A program made the translations under genes and the position numbers. The notes under the pieces are model-generated. The model searched no databases, was not told the DNA's origin, and worked only from the letters and a program-made list of their open reading frames with translations. From positions 16,257 to 80,256 of the forward strand of contig CAZUNO010000013.1 in the NCBI GenBank assembly GCA_964621445.1: a stretch of DNA of 64,000 nt, written 5' to 3'. Source of the stretch: Candidatus Hadarchaeota archaeon. Its GTDB lineage: Archaea > CAYQAE01 > CAYVLA01. The first letter of the stretch is position 1; every line of letters begins with the position of its first letter. This document shows positions 19,600 through 30,300 of this stretch, piece after piece.

Positions 19600-20472
19600 T
19601 TGAAAAATAGGCTTAAAATGGCCATCCCGACAGGAAGCTTACAAAAAGACGTACTTGACCTTCTGCGTGCCGCTGGATATGAAATGGAACTCCAGGAGCG
19701 TTCATATCGTCCGGACACAAATGACGACGAGCTCTGGGTGAAGATGCTCAGGCCCCAGGAGATCCCCTCACTCATTGACAGAGGTGTATACGATCTTGGA
19801 ATAAGCGGAATGGACTGGATCATGGAGACGGGATCGGACGTGGAGCGAATAATAGATCTAGGCATTGGGGGATTCACCATCGTGCTCGCCGTCTCGGAAG
19901 AATCCGATATGTTCAAGGTTGAGGATCTAAAGAACCTGGACCCGGCAAGGGTTTCCACCGAATATGTTAGTTTGGCCAAGTCCTATCTGGACGAGCAGGA
20001 CATAACACGAGCATCAATACATTTCTCCTGGGGCGCAACCGAGGCCAAACCTCCCGAGGACGCGGACGCCATTATAGACGGCTTCCAGACGGGTACCACC
20101 CTGGAGCAGAATAGGCTAAGGATTCTAGATGATGTATTGGATTCAAGTGCCTGGCTTTTTGCTAACAAGGAGGCCCTAAAGGATGACTGGAAGAAGCAGA
20201 AGATTGAGGGGGTAAGGATAATGATCGCCGGGGCAATTCTGGCCAAGGGAAAGGTGCTCATTAAACTCAATGTTCCCGCACACAAGTTGAAGGAGATCGC
20301 AGATCTGGTTCCGGCGATGGAACAGCCAACGATTAGCGAACTTTACGGGGAAGAATGGTACGCCCTGGAAACGGTGGTCGATGAAAAGGACCTCGTCCAA
20401 CTTATTCCAAGGATGAAGATGGCGGGGGCAAAGGACATAATCGAATATGACCTGAAGAAGGTAATACCCTAG
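19600..20472 (+). CDS. hisG: ATP phosphoribosyltransferase, long form
   Basis: AIPTGSL, RPQEIP, DLGISG.DW, WGATEAKPP and TGTTL, plus the C-terminal regulatory domain (PTISEL). Confidence 0.95.
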   Translation: MKNRLKMAIPTGSLQKDVLDLLRAAGYEMELQERSYRPDTNDDELWVKMLRPQEIPSLIDRGVYDLGISGMDWIMETGSDVERIIDLGIGGFTIVLAVSEESDMFKVEDLKNLDPARVSTEYVSLAKSYLDEQDITRASIHFSWGATEAKPPEDADAIIDGFQTGTTLEQNRLRILDDVLDSSAWLFANKEALKDDWKKQKIEGVRIMIAGAILAKGKVLIKLNVPAHKLKEIADLVPAMEQPTISELYGEEWYALETVVDEKDLVQLIPRMKMAGAKDIIEYDLKKVIP

Positions 20473-20481
20473 GGTAGTGAT

Positions 20482-21747
20482 ATGTTGAGCGAAGACTATG
20501 ACGTGGATAGGGAAAAGATATTGGACTGGCTGAGCATGGAGTTTGACGATGACTTGGGAGGTTACGTCAGCGATGAGACGGACCTTCCTCTCAGCCTATA
20601 CTATGATGATGATGCTGAAGAGCTCTGCCTGCTAAATCAGGTAAAATTGCCGTATGAAGTTGATATGTGGCGGACGGGTGACTGGGAAGAGGGAGCCCAG
20701 AAGGGAATTGCCGGAATGATAACCCGGGGAAGCCAGGCAATAGGCGTCACCGGTGCCTACTGCATGCTTCTGGTGGCTGCCAAATATAAGGACGAAACGA
20801 AGAAGGGTACGGTTGAGAAGGTTCTTAAAGCCGCGGATAAGATAAAGGAAGCCAGACCAACGGCCGCCAACCTGACCTGGGCCGTGGACCGCATGTCTAA
20901 GGCAGCCAAGGATGCTCTTAAGACGGCCGGGAAGGTCTATATGCACCTAAAGAACGAGGCAGACCTCATATTTGCCGAGGATATTTTCATCAGCAGGGCC
21001 CTGGCCGAGAACGGCACCCGACTGATAGATGACGGAGAGACCATACTTACCCATTGCAATGCTGGATCTCTGGCAACATCCTATGGTGGAAGTGCCCTGG
21101 GAATACTGGAGTATGCCTCATCACAGGGAAAGGAGGTGACCGTTGTCTCCAAGGAAACCCGTCCCAGATCTCAGGGATATAAGCTAACCCTCTGGGAACT
21201 ATCGACCGCCGGGATACCGGTCGCTGCCGTTACCGACAACATGGTTTCCAGCAGTTTTGAGGAGTTTGGAATCGATCGTGTTCTGGTGGGGGCTGATCGA
21301 ATCACCAAGGACGGTTGTGTGGCCAACAAGGTGGGAACCAAGGACATAGCTAGGATGGTTGCCTTTAATCAGGTGCCCTTCATCGTGGCTGCGTCGTATT
21401 CAACCCTGGATCTTGAAAACGAGGGAGACGATATCCCCATAGAACAGAGATCAACCGATGAAATCTCGCTTCCCTATCATTATGAGGCCCTAGCTAGGAA
21501 GAAGGATGGAGTCATAGCAGAGGACGGGCTGGAGTTCTGGCCTCCCAAAGAAATGGTCTCGGAGGAGCTTGAACCGGGCAAGATCATGCTGTTCAACCCC
21601 GCATTTGATGTCACTAGCTCTCGTCTAGTCAGCAATATCGTGCTAGAAATGGGGATTTACAGGCCGGAAAGAATTTCCACCCTGGACGAGGAAAAGATCC
21701 AAGAAAGCGTCTCAAAGATCATGGCCAAGTATATGGGGAAGATCTAG
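20482..21747 (+). CDS. mtnA: S-methyl-5-thioribose-1-phosphate isomerase (eIF-2B alpha-like family)
   Basis: LNQVKLP, RGSQAIG, RPTAANL, THCNAGSLAT, ETRPRSQG, GADRI...ANKVGT and NPAFDVT. Confidence 0.85.
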   Translation: MLSEDYDVDREKILDWLSMEFDDDLGGYVSDETDLPLSLYYDDDAEELCLLNQVKLPYEVDMWRTGDWEEGAQKGIAGMITRGSQAIGVTGAYCMLLVAAKYKDETKKGTVEKVLKAADKIKEARPTAANLTWAVDRMSKAAKDALKTAGKVYMHLKNEADLIFAEDIFISRALAENGTRLIDDGETILTHCNAGSLATSYGGSALGILEYASSQGKEVTVVSKETRPRSQGYKLTLWELSTAGIPVAAVTDNMVSSSFEEFGIDRVLVGADRITKDGCVANKVGTKDIARMVAFNQVPFIVAASYSTLDLENEGDDIPIEQRSTDEISLPYHYEALARKKDGVIAEDGLEFWPPKEMVSEELEPGKIMLFNPAFDVTSSRLVSNIVLEMGIYRPERISTLDEEKIQESVSKIMAKYMGKI

Positions 21748-22991
21748 GCTTTGTATTTCACGTAGTCCCCGCTCGAGACCTCTTCGCTTATTATTTCCTC
21801 CAGTTTTTGGGAGAGGATCTCCACCGGTATATCCTGGATGCTGACTCGGGTAGACATACCTCCAGTATCCTTAAGTCCGATCTCAGTCTTGGCCTCGACG
21901 AAACCCAGATTGCCCAGGTCCTTCAGGTAGGACGCGAATGAGGTGTATGATCTTGACGGTTCGTTGTATTGCTCACACAGGCTCTCATACTCCGAGAATA
22001 TATCTCCGGATAAAACGCTCTGCGAGTTACCCAATAAATTAGCCGCGGACAGGTATGTGAGCTTCTGGTGAAGATTCAGCTCCCGGAGCTCTGTCTCCGA
22101 AACTACGGGCAATACCTCTGCCTTGGCAGCCCTAACGTCCTCGAAAGATACTTCCGGGTTCTCGCCTCTATCCGCTCGTTTGCCCGCGTAGTACATCATT
22201 TCCAAAGCGAACCTGCAGTCTCCCGTCTGTGCCGCGATTTCGGACACGAAGTTCACCACATCATCCGACATGGCGCCCTCCATAAAGGCCTCGTTGGCCC
22301 GGTATCTCAATATATCGAAGAGTTGGGATGCGTTGTACTTGTCTAACTTGATCACGTTTTTCTTCAGGGAGCTACGGGTAGGTTCATCCAGCTTGTAGTA
22401 ATAGGAGAAATCCCTACTGATCAGGATCATGCTATATCTGGCAACGCTGTCAAGTCGGTGATTCTCAAGTGGTCTTGACAGGAAGTATATTATGTCCCTG
22501 CCATCTCTGCTCATATAGTAGTCTATCTCGTCCAGACATATGATAAGGATGGTATTAGAGTCCACGAGGATGTCATCGACCGCTCTCTGGACATATTCGG
22601 CCGGATAACCCCTAAGCTCTAGTTCGGGTTGGAGTTCCTTGGCCATGGAAGCCCATATCATGTAATCCGTGCGTTCCTTCCGACAGTTTATGTGGATATA
22701 CTTCAGGTTTATGTCACGTCTAGAGCCGGCCTGTTCTATGCTCTTACCAAATCTTTTGGCCAACATCGTTTTTCCGGTGCCAATACCCCCCAAAATGGTC
22801 ACCGTCTGTGCAACCGGTGCCGGGGATATCGAGCCCTTGAAGTACTCCACCAGCTCCTTTAGCTCATCCTCTCTGTGGGGAAGGTACTGAGGCACGTAGG
22901 CCGCATCCAACTTTGACTCTTCCCTAAAAATGGTGGACTTGCCCAGAATGTCCTCGACCATCGTGTCTACTTCGCCCATCCTCCCGTTCAT
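21744..22991 (-). CDS. cdc6: Orc1/Cdc6 replication initiator
   Basis: YVPQYLPHRE, Walker A GGIGTGKT, HINCR, Walker B LDEID and GDCRFA, with a C-terminal winged helix. Confidence 0.93.
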   Translation of the reverse strand: MNGRMGEVDTMVEDILGKSTIFREESKLDAAYVPQYLPHREDELKELVEYFKGSISPAPVAQTVTILGGIGTGKTMLAKRFGKSIEQAGSRRDINLKYIHINCRKERTDYMIWASMAKELQPELELRGYPAEYVQRAVDDILVDSNTILIICLDEIDYYMSRDGRDIIYFLSRPLENHRLDSVARYSMILISRDFSYYYKLDEPTRSSLKKNVIKLDKYNASQLFDILRYRANEAFMEGAMSDDVVNFVSEIAAQTGDCRFALEMMYYAGKRADRGENPEVSFEDVRAAKAEVLPVVSETELRELNLHQKLTYLSAANLLGNSQSVLSGDIFSEYESLCEQYNEPSRSYTSFASYLKDLGNLGFVEAKTEIGLKDTGGMSTRVSIQDIPVEILSQKLEEIISEEVSSGDYVKYKA

Positions 22992-23199
22992 AAGAGATTA
23001 ATAGCAGCAGCTGGAATATAAATGTAAGTGTAACCCCCTCCCCTACCTGTTAATTGTTATGACCTCCTATTTTTCCCTCAAAGGTCCCATGATTCCATTT
23101 CCCTTTAAATACAGACGGTTAATTAACAACTCACAGCAAGGGGGGGTCCAAAGAACGCTTATAAGCCTCTCCAGCCAAGCGCATATCGAAGTGAACATA

Positions 23200-24153
23200 A
23201 TGTCCACTGAGATAGAAGACCTTCCTGGAGTGGGGCCTAGAACTGCTAAAAACCTAGAGAATGCCGGCTACTACTCAGTCGAAAGTCTTGCTATTACCTC
23301 TCCCCATGAAATATGCGAAATCTCGGGGATTTCCGATACCATCGCGCTCAAGATAATATCCACGGCAAAGGAACACGCGGATCATCTGGTGAAATGGCAC
23401 CGCGGATCCGAGGTAATGAAAAGACGTAAGGACCTTCCAAGAATAACTACCGGTAGCAAGGAGATGGACGATATGGTTGCCGGCGGATTGGAACCGACAT
23501 CCATCACCGAGTTCTATGGAGAGTTCAGCTCGGGCAAATCCCAAATTTGTCATCAACTAGCAGTAGATGTGCAACTCCCACCGGAAGAGGGGGGTATCGA
23601 GGGCAAGGTCCTTTGGCTGGACACGGAGGCCACCTTCAGGCCGGAAAGGATACACGAAATGGCCATGGGAATGGGTCTCGATCCCGATGCTGTCCTGGAT
23701 AACATTCTGACCACGCGGGCGTATAATTCGGCGCATCAGATGCTACTTCTGGAAAATGCCGAGAAGATGATAAGGGAGGAGGACATCAAGATGCTCGTAA
23801 TTGACAGCTTGATGGTGCACTTCCGATCGGAATACCTGGGACGAGCAAAGCTGGCAGAAAGACAGCAGAAACTTGCCCAGCACCTTTCAAAACTACACAG
23901 ACTTACCGACATATACCAGCTGGTATCTGTCCTAACAAATCAGGTGCAATCCCGCCCTGACATACTCTTCGGAGACCCGACTGCCCCCATCGGAGGGAAT
24001 GTACTGGGGCACTCGACTACCACCCGGATCTATCTCCGCAAATCCAAGGGAGAAACCAGGGTTGCCAGAGTGGTTGACTCCCCCTGCTTGCCTCTAGGAG
24101 AGGCAAGATTCTTGATAACAACTGAAGGTATAAAGGACGTAGAAGCTTCCTAA
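23200..24153 (+). CDS. radA: DNA repair and recombination protein RadA
   Basis: HhH motif IEDLPGVGP, GEFSSGKSQ, DTEATFRPERI and RQQKL..HL. A TATA-like TTATAA at about 23159 supports the start at 23200. Confidence 0.96.
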   Translation: MSTEIEDLPGVGPRTAKNLENAGYYSVESLAITSPHEICEISGISDTIALKIISTAKEHADHLVKWHRGSEVMKRRKDLPRITTGSKEMDDMVAGGLEPTSITEFYGEFSSGKSQICHQLAVDVQLPPEEGGIEGKVLWLDTEATFRPERIHEMAMGMGLDPDAVLDNILTTRAYNSAHQMLLLENAEKMIREEDIKMLVIDSLMVHFRSEYLGRAKLAERQQKLAQHLSKLHRLTDIYQLVSVLTNQVQSRPDILFGDPTAPIGGNVLGHSTTTRIYLRKSKGETRVARVVDSPCLPLGEARFLITTEGIKDVEAS

Positions 24154-24154
24154 G

Positions 24155-24217
24155 TAAGGGGCTGGCCCCTGGCCCATATGCGGTCGGCCTTCGGTCAGGG
24201 GCCTTTAAATCCCCTTA
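24155..24217. terminator. Long GC-rich hairpin between convergent radA and leuB-like genes
   Basis: TAAGGGG (24155-24161) pairs with CCCCTTA (24211-24217). GGCCCCTGGCC (24164-24174) pairs with GGTCAGGGGCC (24193-24203). Confidence 0.45.
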
Positions 24218-25210
24218 TATTCTATCTGCTATTGCTCTCGCCATTTCTATGGTCCCAGCAGAGCCCCCGAGGTCGTAGGTTACGGTTTTTCCCTCGGCAA
24301 TTACCTCTGAAACCGCGGATACTATATTGTTTGCTTGGGTATCTTTATTCAGATGCTCCAACATCATTGCCGCTGAAAGAATCGTGGCGGTGGGATTTAC
24401 CTTGTTCATTCCCTTGTACTTCGGTGCCGAGCCGTGGACCGGCTCGAATACGGCGCAATCATCGCCAATATTACCGGAAGGAGCAACCCCAAGACCGCCG
24501 ACCAGACCTGCACACAGATCCGAAAGTATATCTCCGAATAAGTTGCTGGTCACGATAACATCATAAAGATGGGGCTTGACCACCAGCTGCATGGCCATGT
24601 TATCAACTATTCTCTCTTCATACTTAATTTCATCAAAATCCTCTGAAACTTCCCTCGCGGTCTCCAGAAATAGGCCACCCGTCACCTTCATTATATTGGC
24701 CTTGTGTACCACGGTGACCTTTTTACGTCCGTGTCGGGCTGCGTAGTTAAACGCGAATCTCACTATTCTTTCAGAGTTGGGACGAGTTATGATCCTGACG
24801 CTCTCTCCATGATCTTCATCTACACGTCTCTCCACGCCGGAATACAATCCCTCTATGTTTTCCCTCACCACAACCAGGTCCACGTCCTGGTACCTACTGC
24901 TAGCACCTATAAAAGACCTTGCCGGCCTGACATTTGCATAGAGATCCAACCTCTTTCTCAATTCCACGTTTACCGAACGAAAGCCTGACCCCACGGGAGT
25001 GGTTATGGGTCCCTTAAGGCCCACCTTGTTCCTGGATATGGAATCCAAAACCTCCTGCGGGAGAGGCGTGTCGTCCCTCTCCATGGTCTCTGCACCTGCC
25101 TTAACCATCTCAAATTCAAGGCTTGCTCCCGTCTTTTCCAGGACCAGAAGGGTGGCCTCGATGACCTCCGGCCCTATTCCATCCCCTGGGATGAGGGTTA
25201 TCTTCTTCAT
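24215..25210 (-). CDS. Isocitrate/isopropylmalate/homoisocitrate dehydrogenase family protein
   Basis: [38 protein letters not shown] and EPVHGSAP. Confidence 0.92.
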   Translation of the reverse strand: MKKITLIPGDGIGPEVIEATLLVLEKTGASLEFEMVKAGAETMERDDTPLPQEVLDSISRNKVGLKGPITTPVGSGFRSVNVELRKRLDLYANVRPARSFIGASSRYQDVDLVVVRENIEGLYSGVERRVDEDHGESVRIITRPNSERIVRFAFNYAARHGRKKVTVVHKANIMKVTGGLFLETAREVSEDFDEIKYEERIVDNMAMQLVVKPHLYDVIVTSNLFGDILSDLCAGLVGGLGVAPSGNIGDDCAVFEPVHGSAPKYKGMNKVNPTATILSAAMMLEHLNKDTQANNIVSAVSEVIAEGKTVTYDLGGSAGTIEMARAIADRI

Positions 25211-25710
25211 CTGCCTTTTCCCTCGGGTAAACGGCCGAATTTCTTTATATAGGGAGCCAGTCCTCCCTGGTCAAGTATTTCCTGCATTATATCCGGGAGT
25301 GGATTGAATTCTAGTGATAGACCACGTTGTTCGTCGATCAAGATACCCTTTCCCAGGTCAACTTCCAGCAAATCTCCATCCTCAATTCGGTCCGTGTTGC
25401 ATTCGATAGCCGGGAGACCCACGTTGATTGCATTACGGTAGAAGATCCTGGCAAAGCTTTTAGCGATTACACATGAAATGCCGGCCTCCCTTATGACCAG
25501 GGGAGCCTGTTCCCTTGACGAGCCGTATCCAAAATTATCGCCGGCCACAATGATATCTCCATTCTCAACCTTCTCGGAGAATTCCGGATCCAGGTCCTCA
25601 AAAAGGTGGGTGGCGAGCTCCTTCATATCCAGGGTCTTGAACTTGTATTTACCCGAAATTATGTAATCCGTATTCACGTCGTCATTAAATTTGTGAGCAA
25701 TGCCCTTCAT
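25207..25710 (-). CDS. 3-isopropylmalate dehydratase/homoaconitase small subunit (LeuD/HacB)
   Basis: [20 protein letters not shown] and [16 protein letters not shown]. Confidence 0.93.
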   Translation of the reverse strand: MKGIAHKFNDDVNTDYIISGKYKFKTLDMKELATHLFEDLDPEFSEKVENGDIIVAGDNFGYGSSREQAPLVIREAGISCVIAKSFARIFYRNAINVGLPAIECNTDRIEDGDLLEVDLGKGILIDEQRGLSLEFNPLPDIMQEILDQGGLAPYIKKFGRLPEGKGR

Positions 25711-26954
25711 GTGAACTCCCTCGGATCGGTAATCTTTCCCTCCATTGCTGATGCGGCGACCGTGGCTGGGGACCCCAAGTAGATGAACGCCCGGTTATTC
25801 CCCATCCTCCCCTTGAAGTTTCTATTCGCGCTGGATATTACCACATCCCCATCCCCGGGCACACCAGCATGGGTCCCGACACAGGGGCCACATCCTGGGG
25901 TGACTGGAACCGCCCCCGCAGATACCAGTTTCTGGAAAACCCCGGTTTCCATTGCCTGCTTTAGGATCTTTCTTGAGGCCGGTGCCACTATGAACCTTAC
26001 CTCAGCATCTACCCTTTCCCCATTCAGGATCCGGGCCGCGATCTCTAGATCCTCAAGCCTGCCGTTGGTACAGGTACCTAGATAGGCCTGATCAATATCC
26101 TTCCCCTCCACTTCCTCCAGGGGGACCACATCATCCACCCTATGGGGCCGTGATATCCTGGGTCCGATATCCCCGACCTCCAATGTTCTGGACCATTCGT
26201 AATTTGCTCCCGGGTCGGGGGATGTCGGCATTCCCTTCTCGCCCGGCAGATATTCATTAACCTTGGTATCGAATTCCATTATGGCCGTTTTGGCCCCCAT
26301 CTCCACTGCCATATTACACATTGTTAACCTACCGTCGATTGACAGGTTTTCAACGGCCTCCCCGGTAAACTCCACCGACATGTAGGTTGCCCCGGACGCC
26401 CCCACCTGTCCAACAACCTCAAGGGTTGCATCCTTGGCATAGACCCCCTCTGGGAAATCGCCCTCAAGAACTATCATTCCCGATCTCGGAACCTTAAACC
26501 AGAGTTTCCCCGTCCTCATGGCAGCAGCCGCGTCCGTGCTGCCTACTCCCGTGGCAAAGGCATTGAGAGCACCATAGGTACAGGTATGTGAATCAGCACC
26601 GACTACCAGGTTTCCGGGAAGGACATGACCCTGTTCCGGCATTAGTTGATGGCAAACCCCACAGCCAACATCGTAGAGATTCGATATTCCATGTTCTGAA
26701 GCAAAATCCCTCATGCTAGCGTGAAGGCTTGACACCCCCTCGCTGGGGCTGGGGGCGTTATGATCGAGTACCAAAGCCACCCTATCGCCATCCCAGATCC
26801 TGCCCCCTCCCATATCATTGAATGCCTTTATGGCCAGAGGAGCGGTTCCGTCTTGAGCCATAACCAGGTCCACATCGGCTATGACCACATCGCCAGCGCT
26901 TGCATCCTGATTGCTCTTCTCGGAAAGTATGTTCTCTGCTAAGGTCTTTGGCAA
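25707..26954 (-). CDS. 3-isopropylmalate dehydratase/homoaconitase large subunit (LeuC/HacA)
   Basis: QDGTAP, GADSHTCTYG, the Fe-S ligand motifs GTCTNGR and PGCGPCVG, and NRNFKGRMG. The likely start is TTG at 26954. Confidence 0.93.
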   Translation of the reverse strand: MPKTLAENILSEKSNQDASAGDVVIADVDLVMAQDGTAPLAIKAFNDMGGGRIWDGDRVALVLDHNAPSPSEGVSSLHASMRDFASEHGISNLYDVGCGVCHQLMPEQGHVLPGNLVVGADSHTCTYGALNAFATGVGSTDAAAAMRTGKLWFKVPRSGMIVLEGDFPEGVYAKDATLEVVGQVGASGATYMSVEFTGEAVENLSIDGRLTMCNMAVEMGAKTAIMEFDTKVNEYLPGEKGMPTSPDPGANYEWSRTLEVGDIGPRISRPHRVDDVVPLEEVEGKDIDQAYLGTCTNGRLEDLEIAARILNGERVDAEVRFIVAPASRKILKQAMETGVFQKLVSAGAVPVTPGCGPCVGTHAGVPGDGDVVISSANRNFKGRMGNNRAFIYLGSPATVAASAMEGKITDPREFT

Positions 26955-27017
26955 CTCAATCAGCCTCGGGCTCCACCGGGCGGCAATAAAATCTTTCCTG
27001 GTTACCAATAATCTCAA

Positions 27018-27845
27018 TCAAGTGGGTGCTATCAGATTTATCGCATAATCGGCGAGCTGCCCGTTGCCGTAGACACGGATTACCTGAGCCAGGCCCTGGT
27101 GCTCGGGTACCGAGAGGCTACTCACCGCAAACAGGATATACATTCTGTCGTCCTTCTCCACGTCTTCATAGGTAACCGTCCCCAATCTTGGAGCGTCGGC
27201 AACCGTTGGCATCTCACTTGTCCCTGCCGAACCTTTGGCCGACCCAAAATTCGTCTCTTGGTCATTATGGCTGATGGACAGGCTCTCCATGGTCTCCTTC
27301 TTGTTAAGGAAAAAGTCCGAGCAGCCCTGATAGTATGTCAGGTTCTCATCCATCCACAGAAGAAAGCTTGTTGAGGCAAATGACATATCAATTCCCGATT
27401 GTCCAGAGGAGACCAGGGGGCCAAAATCGTAGAAAAGGGCCTCGTATGAGGTCCCATTGACCATGACTTTCACCGTTTCGTTATCGTAAGCAACCGGGAA
27501 GTCCTCCGCCATGGATAGGCATGCCTTTATTGGGGATATATCTCTCGCCATCTGGCTCAGCGGGACGTCCCGGTCTCCAATTTGGTTAGAGGCCGATAAG
27601 GGGGGATCCGTTTTCATTAGGAGATTGAACTTTATGTCAACCTGCTTATGGGGATCTCGGGATATGGTATTTACCGCGAACCTCTTGGTCTCTTGAATTG
27701 TGGTCTTTATCACGGATGGGTATTTGTTCTTGATTATCTCAACTTTCTTTTCCGCCTTTTCCACACTCACGAAACTCATGATGATGGTGGAAATAACTAT
27801 GGCTATCAGCAAAACACCAAGAAGTCCCCGATCCAATCTGACCAT
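27018..27845 (-). CDS. Unknown N-terminally membrane-anchored protein, paralog family A (copy 3)
   Basis: VISTII TM, KNKYP, ISRD, YDF, YYQGCSDFF, VEKDD and QVIRVYGNG. A GGAGGAGA RBS-like site lies upstream. Confidence 0.8.
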   Translation of the reverse strand: MVRLDRGLLGVLLIAIVISTIIMSFVSVEKAEKKVEIIKNKYPSVIKTTIQETKRFAVNTISRDPHKQVDIKFNLLMKTDPPLSASNQIGDRDVPLSQMARDISPIKACLSMAEDFPVAYDNETVKVMVNGTSYEALFYDFGPLVSSGQSGIDMSFASTSFLLWMDENLTYYQGCSDFFLNKKETMESLSISHNDQETNFGSAKGSAGTSEMPTVADAPRLGTVTYEDVEKDDRMYILFAVSSLSVPEHQGLAQVIRVYGNGQLADYAINLIAPT

Positions 27846-27904
27846 ATCGCTCTCCTCCTACGATGATCACCCTACCCTTAAATCTTCAGTCTTGTGATCA
27901 CCAA

Positions 27905-29134
27905 TCATTTCATTGATCTGGTTACTGATACCTCCCGATATAATTTTCTTCGGACCATCAGGGCCCAGATAAGCGAACCACACACGGCAAGAGTCCCAGT
28001 TACCGCCATCCATTCGGTTATATAAACCCACATTAGAGCATTTTCCTTTATCCTGACCGCCTCCTCGGATATGCGGTCGAACTCTTCCATTACCTTTTTC
28101 ATCGATTCCCAAGATTCCCCGTACTCCTCGCCCAGGTAAAGCTGCTCGGCAAGCTCCTTTTCAGCAGTTAGATCCGAGAGCATCCTCTCAACGGGCCTCG
28201 TGCTGGCCCCAAATTTGTCAATGAAATCCAGCAATCCGTTTGTCATTGCCATATGGTCAAAATACTCGTAGAACGCCGCCCTTAACCTGTGTATACGCTC
28301 GATATCCTCTGGAATCTCCACCTGGGCCAGGAAATAGGCGTGATTGAGGACAAAATCCACATAGTAGTACCATGACCTTTCCGTTTCGCGGGGAACGTTA
28401 TCCCATCCCATGGGTATCATCAGGGTGGTTCCTTCTCCAAACATCCCCGAGACGATGGCGTCCTCCTGGCCAACCCTCCAAACCGCATGAACGGTTGACC
28501 CCGGTCTTGCTACCTGTATGCCGTGGTGACCCACCTCGGTCAGAGGAGTCTGCTCGAACTGGGGAAGATCAACTAGGAGACTCGGCTCGCGATCCTGCCC
28601 CGGCTCCACTATATCCATGAATGCCGTCTCCTTGTTCTGCTTACCTAGCACTAGGTCTGCGGGATAGGCCTCGTAAAGTGAACTGGACTTCCAGGCTTCA
28701 GCGTCATTCCCGGTCCAATCCGTTACGTCGTACCACCCCATCTCGGTAAGACCGAGACCAACACCATCCTGCTGAACGACGTCCCTGATCCAATCGATGT
28801 GTCTTGCTTCCAGTACGTAGGGTACAAAATCGAAAAGCTCGACAACGTCATTTTCCAAGCGGAGCTCGTCCTTGGTTCTAGGGATATATATACGCACGAA
28901 CCTCTTGCTCGTCCTCACATCGGCGATATCCCCGGCGGGGATCAATGTGAGGTCCACCTTGGGGTCCGCGAACATGTGAGCTGTTGCTATCTGGTGCTGG
29001 GCCTTGATCTCCCCTATCATGAGAAGTCTAATCTTGCTTGTCTCCGGGTCAACCTTGCCTCCAACTCCCCCGGAGAAAATGGATATTAGAAGAAGCATAA
29101 ACATTCCAGTTGCCAAATAGCGCCCCGTTTTCAT
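27905..29134 (-). CDS. Secreted GATase-like domain protein with helical stalk and C-terminal TM, paralog family C (copy 1)
   Basis: Signal peptide, RFVRIYIPRT and a helical region, ending WVYITEW..TM..VRRKLYREVS.TR. It is paralogous to the ORF at 60335. Confidence 0.72.
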   Translation of the reverse strand: MKTGRYLATGMFMLLLISIFSGGVGGKVDPETSKIRLLMIGEIKAQHQIATAHMFADPKVDLTLIPAGDIADVRTSKRFVRIYIPRTKDELRLENDVVELFDFVPYVLEARHIDWIRDVVQQDGVGLGLTEMGWYDVTDWTGNDAEAWKSSSLYEAYPADLVLGKQNKETAFMDIVEPGQDREPSLLVDLPQFEQTPLTEVGHHGIQVARPGSTVHAVWRVGQEDAIVSGMFGEGTTLMIPMGWDNVPRETERSWYYYVDFVLNHAYFLAQVEIPEDIERIHRLRAAFYEYFDHMAMTNGLLDFIDKFGASTRPVERMLSDLTAEKELAEQLYLGEEYGESWESMKKVMEEFDRISEEAVRIKENALMWVYITEWMAVTGTLAVCGSLIWALMVRRKLYREVSVTRSMK

Positions 29135-29214
29135 GGCCTACTAGGAAGGGTCGCTGCTCTCTCTTAAATTTGCCGAACTTCAAAATTAATCAGGAAAAAA
29201 ATGAAATGGAACGG

Positions 29215-30300
29215 CTAGAATTCCTTTGTCTTCCTACTAACGTATACCAAAGATATAATTCCCGTAACCAGGACGATTACCGCTAGAATGATGAAATCCT
29301 GCCACACGTCTCCCCATTTGGCGCCCATCATGCTTATCTCCAGAATCGGATATATTATGTAATACGTGGGGAAGAACTTGGCTATCCATTGGGGAAGGCT
29401 GGGAAATAGGATCACCAAGGCAGGGGCAAAAAGCAGGAGATTCACTCCTTTTGCGGTCCCGAATAATTCGGTCGAATTATCCGTAAAAGCCCCGAAAATT
29501 ATACCCAGGAATACGGCAAAACCTCCTCCCAGTAATAGGAATGGCATAAGCAGTACAAGATATCCTGGGGATGTTATACCATTCAGGAAGAAGGTCAAGG
29601 TTGTGGCAGCTATGGCCATGAGATATCCTAAAATAGCCTTGGAGGACACGAAATCCGTCTTGCTCACCGGTGCAACCGATAGGGCCCTGACAGTTCCCTC
29701 CTCCCTTTCCTCTACTATCCCCAAGGAGGTTAGAAAATAGCCACTCACCATTATTACGGCCAGAAATATAAATGGAGTTATCCGGTCTCCCATGGTAAGT
29801 GATTGCTCGGTGCCAAGTACGGTGAGGTTGAATTCCACAGGTATCTCCTGTCCGGCCATCTCTCGTATGTGCTTTGAAATGGTATTTTGAATCATAATCC
29901 TGTGGGAAGCATAGCTCTTTCCTGAAAAACTAACGGTCATTTCCGGCGCCTCCCCGCGGGCGAGGGCAGAATCAAACCCCTGGCTTAGGACTACTCCGGC
30001 ATCAATCTTGTTTATCTCTAGGTCCTGGAGCAGATTCGATTCGCTATCATAAATGCTGGTTTCCAACCCCTTGGATTCCCCGAGGATCTGTACCAGGTCA
30101 GATTCGCCCATATCAACTATTCCCAAGCTCGGTTCATCCTGCATGAAACCTCCGAATATCATTCCCAGGAAGAAGGTGTAGATGAATGGGGATACCAGAA
30201 CGAATATGAAGATAGAACTCCTCAATCCCTGGCGTATGTCCTTTTGTATAATGGATGCAATGACCCGAAAATTCATCTTATCCTCCTCCTTAGTACCCAT
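29215..30300 (-). CDS. ABC-2 type transporter permease
   Basis: N-terminal TM, extracellular domain, IVEEREEGTVRAL and several C-terminal TMs. Confidence 0.9.
   Translation of the reverse strand: MGTKEEDKMNFRVIASIIQKDIRQGLRSSIFIFVLVSPFIYTFFLGMIFGGFMQDEPSLGIVDMGESDLVQILGESKGLETSIYDSESNLLQDLEINKIDAGVVLSQGFDSALARGEAPEMTVSFSGKSYASHRIMIQNTISKHIREMAGQEIPVEFNLTVLGTEQSLTMGDRITPFIFLAVIMVSGYFLTSLGIVEEREEGTVRALSVAPVSKTDFVSSKAILGYLMAIAATTLTFFLNGITSPGYLVLLMPFLLLGGGFAVFLGIIFGAFTDNSTELFGTAKGVNLLLFAPALVILFPSLPQWIAKFFPTYYIIYPILEISMMGAKWGDVWQDFIILAVIVLVTGIISLVYVSRKTKEF

Noticed and set aside
24164-24203. Hairpin as archaeal SECIS or H/ACA guide RNA
   Set aside because: The GAA on the minus strand lacks a clean 3-bp apical stem, the flanking genes have no in-frame TGA, and no K-turn is visible.
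27780-27845. Class III (pilin-like) signal peptide in family A (DRG/LL...)
   Set aside because: Only one of four paralogs has a basic-Gly cleavage motif; the others read DRS, DKR and DPR.
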